From NCBI GenBank assembly GCA_013265495.1, contig MU058844.1:3357819-3421818 (forward strand): a DNA stretch of 64,000 bases, given 5' to 3'. Position numbers and translations under genes: made by a program. A model generated the notes under the pieces. The model was not told the DNA's origin. It saw only the letters and a list, made by a program, of their open reading frames with translations, and made no database searches. Position 1 is the stretch's first letter. Each line of letters opens with the position of its first letter. Positions 1-9,717 of the stretch are shown here, piece by piece. The DNA comes from Vicugna vicugna (Eukaryota).

Positions 1-115
1 TTTGATTTTCATTTCTCCAGTTACTAATGATGTTGGGCATACTTTCATGTGCTTATTGGCCATTTATACATCTTCTTTAGTGAAATGTCTTTTGAAATCA
101 TTTGTCTGTTTTTTA
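1..115 (-). mobile_element. L1 fragment (ORF2 3' end, antisense)
   Basis: ttgattttcatttctcc...atgatgttgggcat...gtgcttattggccattt is typical antisense L1. Confidence 0.7.
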
Positions 116-979
116 GTTGTGAGGCATACATGTTTGAAGAAAAATAAAAGTGTAACATGATAATAGAATGAAAGGGGGCATGATTTAAAAAAAAAAAAAA
201 AAGCTTGTGAGACCTAAACGAAGTAAAAGAAGGGGGTCATGCAAAGATTTTAGAGAGGTCAAGGCAGAGGGAACAGCAAGGGCTAGGAAGAAATAAAACA
301 TGGTAATTGTGTAGGGAATGACTGGAAAGAGGAGCCACACTAGGGCAGTCTCTGAAGCTCTTTGAGGAGTGTCACTTAAGCAAAGGCCTGCCAGCCATCT
401 TCAATTCCATCTTCCCCTTCATCCCTCTTACAGTCGCTTGACAAGTCCTAGAGATGCTTCACATCAACTGGCCTTCCAATGCATAAGCTTATGATTAGGA
501 TGGAGATGGAAAGGAGTGGGGCATGTAATACCTTTTCTTCCTAATGGGAAAAAAGAAAATTCTTACAAGTGGAAACCTGATACAACTGTCAAAATACATG
601 GAATCAGCTAGGTAGATTGTGAGTTCATGGTTTTATTTGTTCTGAAACGGTAAAAGCTACATCCTTAAAAAAAAATCTATATTAAACTGTAAGCCCTAAA
701 ATAGGAGTTACCAGTGTCTCAAGGCATATCAGAAAACCATTTATCAACAGGTACTATTGGTTTAGGACCAAGGACAGCATTTCACAGTTTTTCTGCCCCC
801 TCCCTTCATTTTGCTTATGTCACACTTGCACACATCTATCAATTTCTCTACATTCCTACTGCCAGTATTCCAATAATTCCAGAATGCCCCATGTATTTCT
901 AAGTGCCCTCTATTCTACTGAAATTCATCCCATGAATGGGGTGCCTTTATTTGTGTGTTTTCTTCCCCTTCAAAACTTT

Positions 980-1210
980 TTTTTTTCAATTGTGGTAAGA
1001 TAGACACAACATAAAATCTACTATTTAACCATTTATATGTGTATAGTTCAGTGACACCAAGTATGTTCACATTGTTGTGCAACTATTACCATCTTCCACC
1101 TCCAGAACACCTTCATCTTTGCAAACTGAAACTGTTTCCATTAAATAGTAACTCCGCATCTCCTTCTCCCCCTCATTCCCTCGCAAATGCCATTTTACTC
1201 CCTATCTCCT
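980..1210 (-). mobile_element. L1MB-type 3' end
   Basis: T-run followed by ttgtggtaa...cataaaat...ttcacattgttgtgcaac...aactgaaac. Confidence 0.75.
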
Positions 1211-1269
1211 GTCCCCCCACCCCCACCACTTTTTACTAAGTCTGCTGATTGCTACAGAATGATTCATGG

Positions 1270-1700
1270 ATAGTAATAAGCATGGCACCTAGGAAATATA
1301 AATGCAATCCTTAGACTCCAGACCTACTGAACTAGAAGCTCTCAACTGGGACCCAACAATCTGCATTTTAACAAGTCCTTCAGGTAATCCAAATGCCCAT
1401 TTCCTGCAGGAGTTTACTGCTAGGGCTTAAGTATTGGCCTGGGGGAGGTATGTGGTTGGATATGAAATAAGACTTGGTTTCAGGCTCAGACCATGTAGCC
1501 ACAAAGTGCATTTTAAAGAAGTCTTGTGGCATGATTTGCCCAAAGGCTCCCAAATATTGATGCATATTATAATCACCTGGAAGGCTTGTTTGAGAACATA
1601 CAGATTTCTGATATTCACAGCAGACTTTCTAAATCAAAATCTCTGGGGTGGGGCCCAAGAACCACTTTTAACAAGCTACCTTGGTGATTCTTATATATTT
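1270..1700. mobile_element. Two MER5-family (hAT-Charlie) MITE remnants
   Basis: cagacctactgaactagaagctct and aatcacctggaaggcttgtt...ctctggggtggggcccaag...tttaacaagct...ggtgattct motifs. Confidence 0.7.
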
Positions 1701-2032
1701 GTTGGCAATATGCAGGATAGATAGACACGGGTAAGTCTTGAAGTCAGAAGATAAGTTAGAGATTATGGAAATACTCCAGGAAGTAGAGGAAGAGGGCCTA
1801 GAGAGTGGCTGGAGCCCAAAGAAGAGAAAGACGAGAAAATAAAGTGTGTTGTAAGGATATAGTTGGTAGGATTTGGCAGCTTAATGTTGATTGACATAAG
1901 TCACTCAGGGTCTTTGAAAAAAAAGGTTAATAATTTGGAAGGATCCGGTACTTCCTTTTCTATGTATTCTCCTATACTTAAAAGGAACTCTATCCAGAAG
2001 AGAGTTGTACTGCTGAGCAACAGGTTACAAAG

Positions 2033-3007
2033 TAGTTGACCCTTGAACAATGCAAGGGTTAGGGGTGCCGACCCTCAGGGCAGTTGAAAATCTATGTGTA
2101 ACTTTTGACTCCGCAAACACTTTTGCTAATAGCCTACTGTTAATTGGATGCCTTATCTACAATATACACAGTCTGTTAACACCTCTTTTGTATATATGTT
2201 ATATACTGAATTCTTAAAGTAAAGTAGAGAAAATAAAATGTTATTAATAAAATCATAAGGGAGAGAAAATACATTTACAGTACTCTACCGATGCCATAGG
2301 TTTATGCTGTTTACAAGATGAATCATCAGTCTGTATCTACATCAATATTGTCTTATATAATACAAAACACCTGTAGATGTTGTACATATTACTAACACTA
2401 GACATTAAAAATGAGAAGATAATGTGAAAAAGAAATCCATGTTTATTTACAGGTGTAATGATTCATGCATTGATAATGAAGCAGCAGCAAAATGATTGCT
2501 TTATGGTAGCTTAGCGTAATCAATACAAATGCTTTACAGTGGCCTAGCCTATATACTAATGAAGCAACATAAAATTTTTATGGCATATGGTGTTACAGTC
2601 ATATTCATAGTACAGCACTGGAAACACTTACATTAAAGAAAAACACCTGTGATAATAGGCTGATATCCAGTTTCTCCAATTACAAGAGATAGAGGCATAC
2701 TGTATGGTAATGAAATTCTTTGAAAGCAAAGTTATAAAACAGTAAGAAGACTAAGACATTATTAATTTAATATTAAATATCACTCACCTTATGCCTATGT
2801 AAGGATAGATGAGAATCTACATAATTTTATGCATTCATGACATACCTAAATTTCTCTTAATTTTTTTCAATATTCCTAGGCTACAGTTTGAAAGTTTTTT
2901 TTAATTGTTGCAAGTTTCCAAAAATGTTTCCAATATATTTACTGGAAAAAAATCTACATATAAATGGTCCCGTGCAATTCAAACCCGTGTTGTTGAAGTG
3001 TCAACTA
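2033..3007 (-). mobile_element. Tigger2-family (TcMar-Tigger) deletion derivative
   Basis: Terminal inverted repeats agttgacccttgaacaa ... ttgttgaagtgtcaact; ttcaaacccgtgttgtt matches the Tigger2 end. Confidence 0.8.
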
Positions 3008-3784
3008 TATTTTCAGTCCAAGGGCCACATAAGGAAATGAACAGTAGATGGCACTTTTGCGCTGTGCCTGAATCTTCAACCTTTGAAGGGAACTCAGAAT
3101 GACTCCTGCTAAAATAAACCCTTCATAGTGCTCAAGTGGATAAATTCAATTTCTAGTTTGAGGGGGACCTGGAAAAGGAGGGCTAATTAAAGAATCAGTT
3201 TTTAAATGTTGTGGCTCTCATCTAGATGAATAAATCTGCAACTTGAAGAGGTCCCCAGTAATTACTGTAGCAAGTAGAATTACATGAATTCAAGCAGGCT
3301 TGGGGTTAGAAAAAAAACAATCCCAACTTGGGCCACGTTTCCAAATGTCAACCCTTGAGCTTTAGCTGTTTGCAAAGGTTAGGAATAGCAAAAAGGGATA
3401 AAATAAAATATGGAAAAGAATCATAGAAGGTGCAGTTTGGAGTAATAAATGAGGACAGTGAAATGGAAATAAAGAAGATATCATATTTTATTTTTCTTTT
3501 TGTAATACTTACTGGTAAAATATTGGGTAGGATACAGAATTTTACATATTTACAATACAGTTGCAACCTCCAAAAAAGCATCATGACTTAGTGATTAAGA
3601 AAGTGGAGTCTGAAAGGACCCACTATAATCTAAAGCTCTAAAACAACAACAACAACAAACTAAAACAAAATAAAATCTAAAGCTCTGCCACTTCCTACCT
3701 GTGTACCTGTGACTAAGCAATGTAATGTCTCTGTGTCAGTTTCCTCATCTGTAAAATGGAAGTGGTAATATTTTCTCTCTATAA

Positions 3785-4040
3785 TGTGCAATAGGATTAA
3801 TACAATTAACACTGCTGTGTGTTATATATTAAAGTTATGAACGTAAACCCTGAGAGCTCTCATCATGAGGAAAAAATTTATTTTATTTTATTTGTATCTG
3901 TATGAGATGATGGATGTTCACTAAACTTACTGTGGTAATCATTTCATGATACATGAAAGTCAAATCATTATGCTGCACACCTTAGACTTATACAGTGCTA
4001 TAAGTCAATAATATCTCAACAAAACTGGAAAAATAAAAAA
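3785..4040 (+). mobile_element. L1MA9-like 3' end inserted in a MIR
   Basis: attaacactgctg...gagatgatggatgttcactaaacttactgtggtaatcatttc...atctcaacaaaactgg plus A-tail, flanked by MIR pieces (tcagtttcctcatctgtaaaatgg). Confidence 0.75.
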
Positions 4041-4424
4041 ATAATATTATCTGTCTTATAAAATTCTTACGAGAATTGTGTCAAAATTTGTAAGATGCTT
4101 AGAAAAGTAGCTGGCATGTGGTGAGCCTATCACAGGTAGGCAATAAATTTTTTAAAAGTCAGCTTTTAGGTGATGGGACAATAGGTGATTTTTTTCTTGA
4201 ATTCAATTAAAAACATCTATTTTTTGATAATCGGAAAAAAGCTTAAACATTTTTTTACTCAAAGACTTAGAGAAAAATCCATACTTAAAATTTCTCTTTT
4301 CTTTTGAGGTAGTTTCTACATCTCCAACTTTTTCTTTTTCTTTTAATCTGCTGTACCCAATGTTAGACATATCTTGGCTTTGAAAATCTTGAAGTCCTCA
4401 GAGTTTCCAGAATTATTATTTATT

Positions 4425-5020
4425 TTATTATTATTTTATTATAGTCAGACATATATAAATTTTACCATTCTAACTATTTGAAGTGTACAATTCACTGGCA
4501 TTAAATATATTCACAATGTTTTGCAACAATCACTGCTATCTGTTTCCAGAACTTCATCATCTCACACAGAAACTGCATCCATTAAACAATAACTCTCCCT
4601 TCTTCTTTATCTCCATCCCCTGGTAACCTCTGTTCCACTCTCTGTGTTTATGAATCCACCTATTTGAGGTACCCTATATAAGTGGAATCATACGATGTAT
4701 ATTCCTCTATGTCTGGCTTATTCACCTAGCATTATGTTTTAAGTTTCATCCATGTTGTAGCATGTATCAGAGTTTCATTCCTTTTTATGACTGAATAACA
4801 GTTCATTGTATGTATCACATTTTTAAATGGATTCATCTATTAGATATGTGAATTGTGTCCTCTTACTGGTTTTTGTGAATAATGCTGCTATGAATATTGA
4901 TCTACAAGTGTTTGTTCTACTCCCTACTTTTATACTTTGGGATATATACCTAGGAGTTCACTTTTTGAGGAACTGCTGAACTGTTTCCCCAGTGCTACAT
5001 CACTTTGCATTCCCACCAGC
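4425..5020 (-). mobile_element. L1MB-type 3' fragment
   Basis: aagtggaatcatacg...gtctggcttattcac...ttcatccatgttgtagcatgtatcag...cattcccaccagc. Confidence 0.8.
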
Positions 5021-6626
5021 ATCCAGCATTACTTCTAAATATATCAGACTTCTTTTTTTTTTAAGTCAAACCTAGACTGGGAATAAGTAGCAAAGAAAAC
5101 TGCCACAGTTGGCTAAGTTGTTGATATCAACACTTTTGACACATCACCTCCTAGATTAGAGCAATGTTTCTCAAAGTACACAGCTGAGACTCCCATGGCA
5201 AATATCTAAGGGGCTTGTTATGTCTGTGGACCCTCGATCCCACCCCAGATGTGTTGAATCAGCATCTTTGGGAATGAGGTCGCCTAAATCATCATTATGC
5301 TTGATAAAATGTGAGACTCAGAAATCTAGATTGTTAAGTTCTCGAAGACAGGGGAAAATATCTCAGTCACCTTTGTATCCCTTGGAGCTAAATATACAGG
5401 AGATATTCAACAAACATACACTTGAATTAATACTGCAGTCTAAAGCTATTTCCTTTTTGCTTAATTGCTATGTACAGGATTCATTAAAACTAAATTCTAT
5501 CGCTACACAGCTAGTAAGAGAACCTGTAATTTCAGTGTGTAGTACACCTTTCATTTGCATAGAACCGGTATCTTACCAGCTGTGGTCTATTATTGCTATC
5601 TTGTGCTGCCAGGAATCTTAATTCTAGGTATCATTTTCAGCTGAGTCCTTCATGCTTTGAGGCAGGGTGAAAAAAGGATATGGACTTGTAACTGGAAGAG
5701 CTGTCTATGTGTGATCTTTGATAATTATATGTAAAATATCTAAGAATGAAGTTTATAATTTGTAGACATTGGTAACATTTTGTAACTATATTAACCTCAT
5801 AGTTGGTGAAGCTCAAACGGTATTATGTGTAAGAAAGCCTACTGTAGAAATGGCTATAGTTACTATATAGCCTAATCTTTAAACAAACAAAATACATGTT
5901 TCTAAGTTTTCCTAAAGACGTTAAATATGTTGCTGTATCAATTTGCTGCTCTAAAGCATACGCAAATGAGCAGATTAGAGTAGAAACGCACAGCAGAAAA
6001 ACATTAAGTGGATGCACAACATCCATTCATTCGTTCATCACATTTATCCGGCATCTATATGCATATGACGCCGGGCATTGTGTGAAAAATAGTGATTAAA
6101 TGCATTCAAACCTACCCTCCAGAGGTTTAGTTCCTTTGCGTGTATTATTAAATAGCAAGCTTCCCCACTTCATATCAAAGCTCTTTCCCAGGTCATAACA
6201 AGCTGTCTGGGACCCGCTTGAAATTCGCGCGCCCTGTCTCTTTAACGCATAATAGAACTCTGATTGCATCGATCACAGATTCGGTACCTTCTCCCCACAT
6301 CGGTCTCTTTTCTATTCCGGTTACTACTCCCTTTCTGGGTGTCAAGCGGCGTGGGTGGGGGTCGCAGTAAAAGTTGCTTTGGTGTGTGGAGGCACCTGAC
6401 TCCGGGGCGTCCCGCATGCCAGCTGCGGCGCCGGCGGAGCCTCGGGGCTCGGCTGGCCATGCCTGGAGCACGGGGTTTGACTGGGCCGCCGTTGTTGTAG
6501 TGACCGGGAGGTGCTGCCGCTCCAGGCGGACGGTTCCGGGCACCGCACGGTCCCCACTCCTACCCCGGCCCCTCCCTTCCCCTGGATCCCCCCACCGGCA
6601 GGAGCTGGGAGCCGACTGCTCCCCTC

Positions 6627-6641
6627 ATGGCCTCCGCCCCG
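6627..6641 (+). CDS. POC1B: POC1B coding exon 1 (MASAP)
   Basis: ATG GCC TCC GCC CCG followed by donor gtaagg at 6642, in the CpG island; phase 0 matches exon 2. Confidence 0.92.
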
Positions 6642-6916
6642 GTAAGGACGGGATGGGGGACTCCTCCCCGGAGCCGGTCCGGTGGGCTGGGGGGCCAGGT
6701 CGGTGCCGCGCCCGCACCTGGCGGGAGATGGAGGCAGGTGTCCCCAGCCGGGCCCTGAGCCGCTAGCTCCTTGCTCCTCGCCCCGGGGCGCCCGCGACTC
6801 ATCCTCCGCCACTGGGGCGTCGGGAGCGCCGAGCCCTGGCCGGGCTCCCGGGCGGCTCCTCACCGAGTCTCGGAGCTCCGACAGCCCGGACAGCCCTATG
6901 GCCCCCGGAATTCTCT

Positions 6917-7091
6917 AAGGGTTCTCGTGGAGCGCCTGCGTCAGAATCACCTGGGAGGTTTTCAAAAAGTACGGAAGCCGGGGCCCCGCCTCGCACCTGT
7001 GACTGCGCGCCGGCGGGCGGGGCCCCGGAACGTGTATTTCAGTCAGGCTGCCCAGGTGGTCCCTCTCATTCGCTCGGTTCTGGGAAGCGCG
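6917..7091. mobile_element. GC-enriched MER5-family remnant in POC1B intron 1
   Basis: ggttctc...cagaatcacctgggaggttttcaaaaagtac...ggggcccc...ggggcccc...gtattt...cccaggtg...tgggaagc is collinear with the MER5A/B consensus as I recall it. Confidence 0.6.
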
Positions 7092-7307
7092 AGTGTAGGA
7101 TTTTGCCGGCTCTGCGGGGGAAGCTGGCCCTCGGCGTCCCCCTGTAGGGGCGGCCGCGTGTGCTCGCTTCGGACGCTCCCGCTCCGCACCCACCGCGGAT
7201 GAGGACGTTCCCGGGCCGGCCCCCGGGGGAGGGGACAGCGTTGAACCCCGAACCCCCCAATTCGAGATCTGCACCTGCTTTCAAAACTTGACAACTTTCC
7301 TTCCCAG

Positions 7308-7392
7308 GAGGACCCCATTCTGGAGCGTTATTTTAAGGGCCACAAAGCTGCCATCACCTCCGTGGACTTTAGTCCCAACGGCAAACAACTTG
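7308..7392 (+). CDS. POC1B: POC1B exon 2 ([28 protein letters not shown])
   Basis: Acceptor ctttccttcccag, donor gtaagt, 85 nt, ends phase 1; WD40 GH motif. Confidence 0.96.
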
Positions 7393-7968
7393 GTAAGTTT
7401 TATTCTTTTTTTCTTTTGGTAATGAAACGCTTAACCTGTCGGAACCCTTGCCTCCTGTCCACGCTGGCCCCCGGGAGAACCACAGAGGCTCTGTGGGTGG
7501 GGGTGGTGTTGAAAGCGTTCGGAGACGCAGTCGGAGCCAGAGTGGGTTCGAGCTGGGGCCACCCCGGTCGTCCCCGCCGCCCCTCCAGCCGGGCCCCGCA
7601 GAGTCGCCTATAGGCCTGGACCTGACCGAGGACTTTCGCGAATTAGACACCAGGGGGAGTAGGTGGAAAGGGGAGGGGTTTGTCCTCGGCCTCGGGAGGG
7701 TGGGGTGTTGGCTGGAGAGTTTGTGAAAAGTTGAGAGACGAACAGGAGGAAGTGGGGAGAGAGGAGTTGGGGCTGTACCGGAGGCCGAGCACAGAGAGGT
7801 CCCAGGTCACCCCTGGGAAGCCCCCGTGGCTGGAAGGGAGCCGAATGCCTGCATGAAAGGAGGGACCTGCTTGGAAGTTCGTTCCTACCTGAGCCGGGAA
7901 CTCTAGCTTCGGGTTCGGCAGCCCTTCCCCTGCGTGGTAACTCTGGTGTCCGCGTCTGCGCCCCAGCC

Positions 7969-9717
7969 ATGAGGATCCGGATGGCCGTGAGGTGGACGTG
8001 GGCAGGCAAAAGCTGCCTTCTGCTGGCGCTTTTAACAGTGGCCTATCTCCTGGTGGAACTCTCCGTCTCCACTTTCCATGCCTCCTCAGGAGCCGGCCTG
8101 GCCAGGGATCGGGGGCCAGGACGGTCCTCAGACCCCGGGAAAGAGGCAGTGGATTTGTCTCGACCGCTTTATGAGAAGCCCCCTGCAGATTCCCACGCAA
8201 CTGGGGAATGGGGGAAAGCCAGCAAACTCCAACTCAACGAGGGTGAACTGAAGCAGCAAGAAGAACTCATTGAGAGATATGCCATTAACATTTACCTCAG
8301 TGACAGGATTTCCCTGCACCGCCACATAGAGGATAAAAGAATGTACGAGTGTAAATCCAAGAACTTTAACTATAGGAGGCTGCCCACCACGTCTGTTATC
8401 ATTGCTTTCTATAATGAAGCTTGGTCAACTTTGCTCCGCACCATCCACAGTGTTTTAGAAACTTCTCCTGCAGTCCTTTTGAAGGAGATCATCTTAGTCG
8501 ATGACTTGAGTGACAGAGTTTATTTGAAGGCACAACTTGAAAGTTACATCAGCAATCTCGATAGAGTCCGCTTGATTAGGACAAATAAGCGGGAGGGTCT
8601 GGTTAGGGCCCGTCTGATTGGGGCCACTTTTGCCACTGGGGATGTCCTCACTTTCCTGGATTGTCACTGCGAGTGTAATACAGGTTGGTTGGAACCACTT
8701 TTGGAAAGGATCGCTGAAGATGAGACAGCAATCGTTTGTCCTGTCATAGACACCATTGATTGGAATACTTTTGAATTCTATATGCAGACTGGGGAGCCCA
8801 TGATTGGTGGTTTTGACTGGCGTTTGACGTTCCAGTGGCATTCTGTCCCCAAACATGAAAGGGACAGGCGGAAATCGAGAATTGACCCAATCAGGTCACC
8901 CACCATGGCTGGAGGACTATTTGCTGTCAGCAAGCGATATTTTCAGTACCTTGGAACTTACGACACTGGGATGGAAGTGTGGGGAGGTGAAAACCTGGAG
9001 CTGTCTTTTAGGGTGTGGCAGTGTGGAGGTAAACTGGAGATCCACCCATGTTCCCACGTGGGCCACGTGTTCCCCAAGCGGGCACCCTATGCTCGGCCCA
9101 ATTTCCTGCAGAATACGGCTCGGGCAGCGGAAGTGTGGATGGACGAGTACAAAGAGCACTTTTATAATCGAAACCCTCCAGCAAGGAAGGAAGCTTATGG
9201 CGATATTTCTGAAAGAAAATTACTACGAGAACGGCTGAGGTGCAAAAGCTTTGACTGGTATTTGAAAAATGTGTTTTCTAATCTACATGTTCCAGAGGAT
9301 AGGCCAGGCTGGCATGGAGCTATTCGCAGTATGGGGATCTCTTCTGAATGTTTAGATTATAATTCTCCTGACAACAACCCCACAGGTGCTAACCTTTCAC
9401 TGTTTGGATGCCACGGTCAAGGAGGCAATCAATTCTTTGAATATACTTCAAACAAAGAAATAAGGTTTAATTCTGTGACAGAGTTATGTGCAGAGGTTCC
9501 TGAGCAAAAAAATCACATAGGAATGCAAAATTGTCCCAAAGATGGGTTTCCTGTTCCAGCAAACATTATTTGGCATTTTAAAGAAGATGGAACCATTTTT
9601 CATCCCCACTCAGGACTGTGTCTTAGCTCTTACCGGACACCTGAGGGCCGACCTAATGTACAGATGAGAACTTGCGATGCTCTAGATAAAAATCAAATCT
9701 GGAAGTTTGAGAAATAG
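7969..9717 (+). CDS. GALNT4: Polypeptide N-acetylgalactosaminyltransferase 4, intronless, nested in POC1B intron 2
   Basis: 582-aa ORF with a type II signal anchor (SCLLLALLTVAYLLVELSV), a GT-A domain with DCH (DxH) and WGGENLE motifs, and a C-terminal ricin-B lectin (CLD, QIW). The N-terminus MAVRWTWAGKSCLLL is characteristic of GALNT4. An alternative start at 7981 gives 578 aa. Confidence 0.98.
   Translation: MRIRMAVRWTWAGKSCLLLALLTVAYLLVELSVSTFHASSGAGLARDRGPGRSSDPGKEAVDLSRPLYEKPPADSHATGEWGKASKLQLNEGELKQQEELIERYAINIYLSDRISLHRHIEDKRMYECKSKNFNYRRLPTTSVIIAFYNEAWSTLLRTIHSVLETSPAVLLKEIILVDDLSDRVYLKAQLESYISNLDRVRLIRTNKREGLVRARLIGATFATGDVLTFLDCHCECNTGWLEPLLERIAEDETAIVCPVIDTIDWNTFEFYMQTGEPMIGGFDWRLTFQWHSVPKHERDRRKSRIDPIRSPTMAGGLFAVSKRYFQYLGTYDTGMEVWGGENLELSFRVWQCGGKLEIHPCSHVGHVFPKRAPYARPNFLQNTARAAEVWMDEYKEHFYNRNPPARKEAYGDISERKLLRERLRCKSFDWYLKNVFSNLHVPEDRPGWHGAIRSMGISSECLDYNSPDNNPTGANLSLFGCHGQGGNQFFEYTSNKEIRFNSVTELCAEVPEQKNHIGMQNCPKDGFPVPANIIWHFKEDGTIFHPHSGLCLSSYRTPEGRPNVQMRTCDALDKNQIWKFEK

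Larger units (their letters stand above)
6200..8200. promoter_or_regulatory. CpG island, shared promoter region of POC1B and GALNT4
   Basis: Very GC- and CpG-rich against AT-rich flanks; covers POC1B exons 1-2 and the GALNT4 start. Boundaries are approximate. Confidence 0.9.

Noticed and set aside
5220..5621. 133-aa ORF upstream of the promoter
   Set aside because: Starts within a MER5-like repeat remnant and has no recognisable homology or splice support.
6459..6500. Short upstream ORF (13 codons) before the POC1B ATG
   Set aside because: The transcription start is unknown and may lie downstream of it, so it cannot be shown to be in the mRNA.
6193..8200. Many overlapping 65-185 aa ORFs on both strands
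   Set aside because: Pro/Gly/Arg-rich low-complexity translations are expected from stop-codon scarcity in a CpG island; I recognise no domains.
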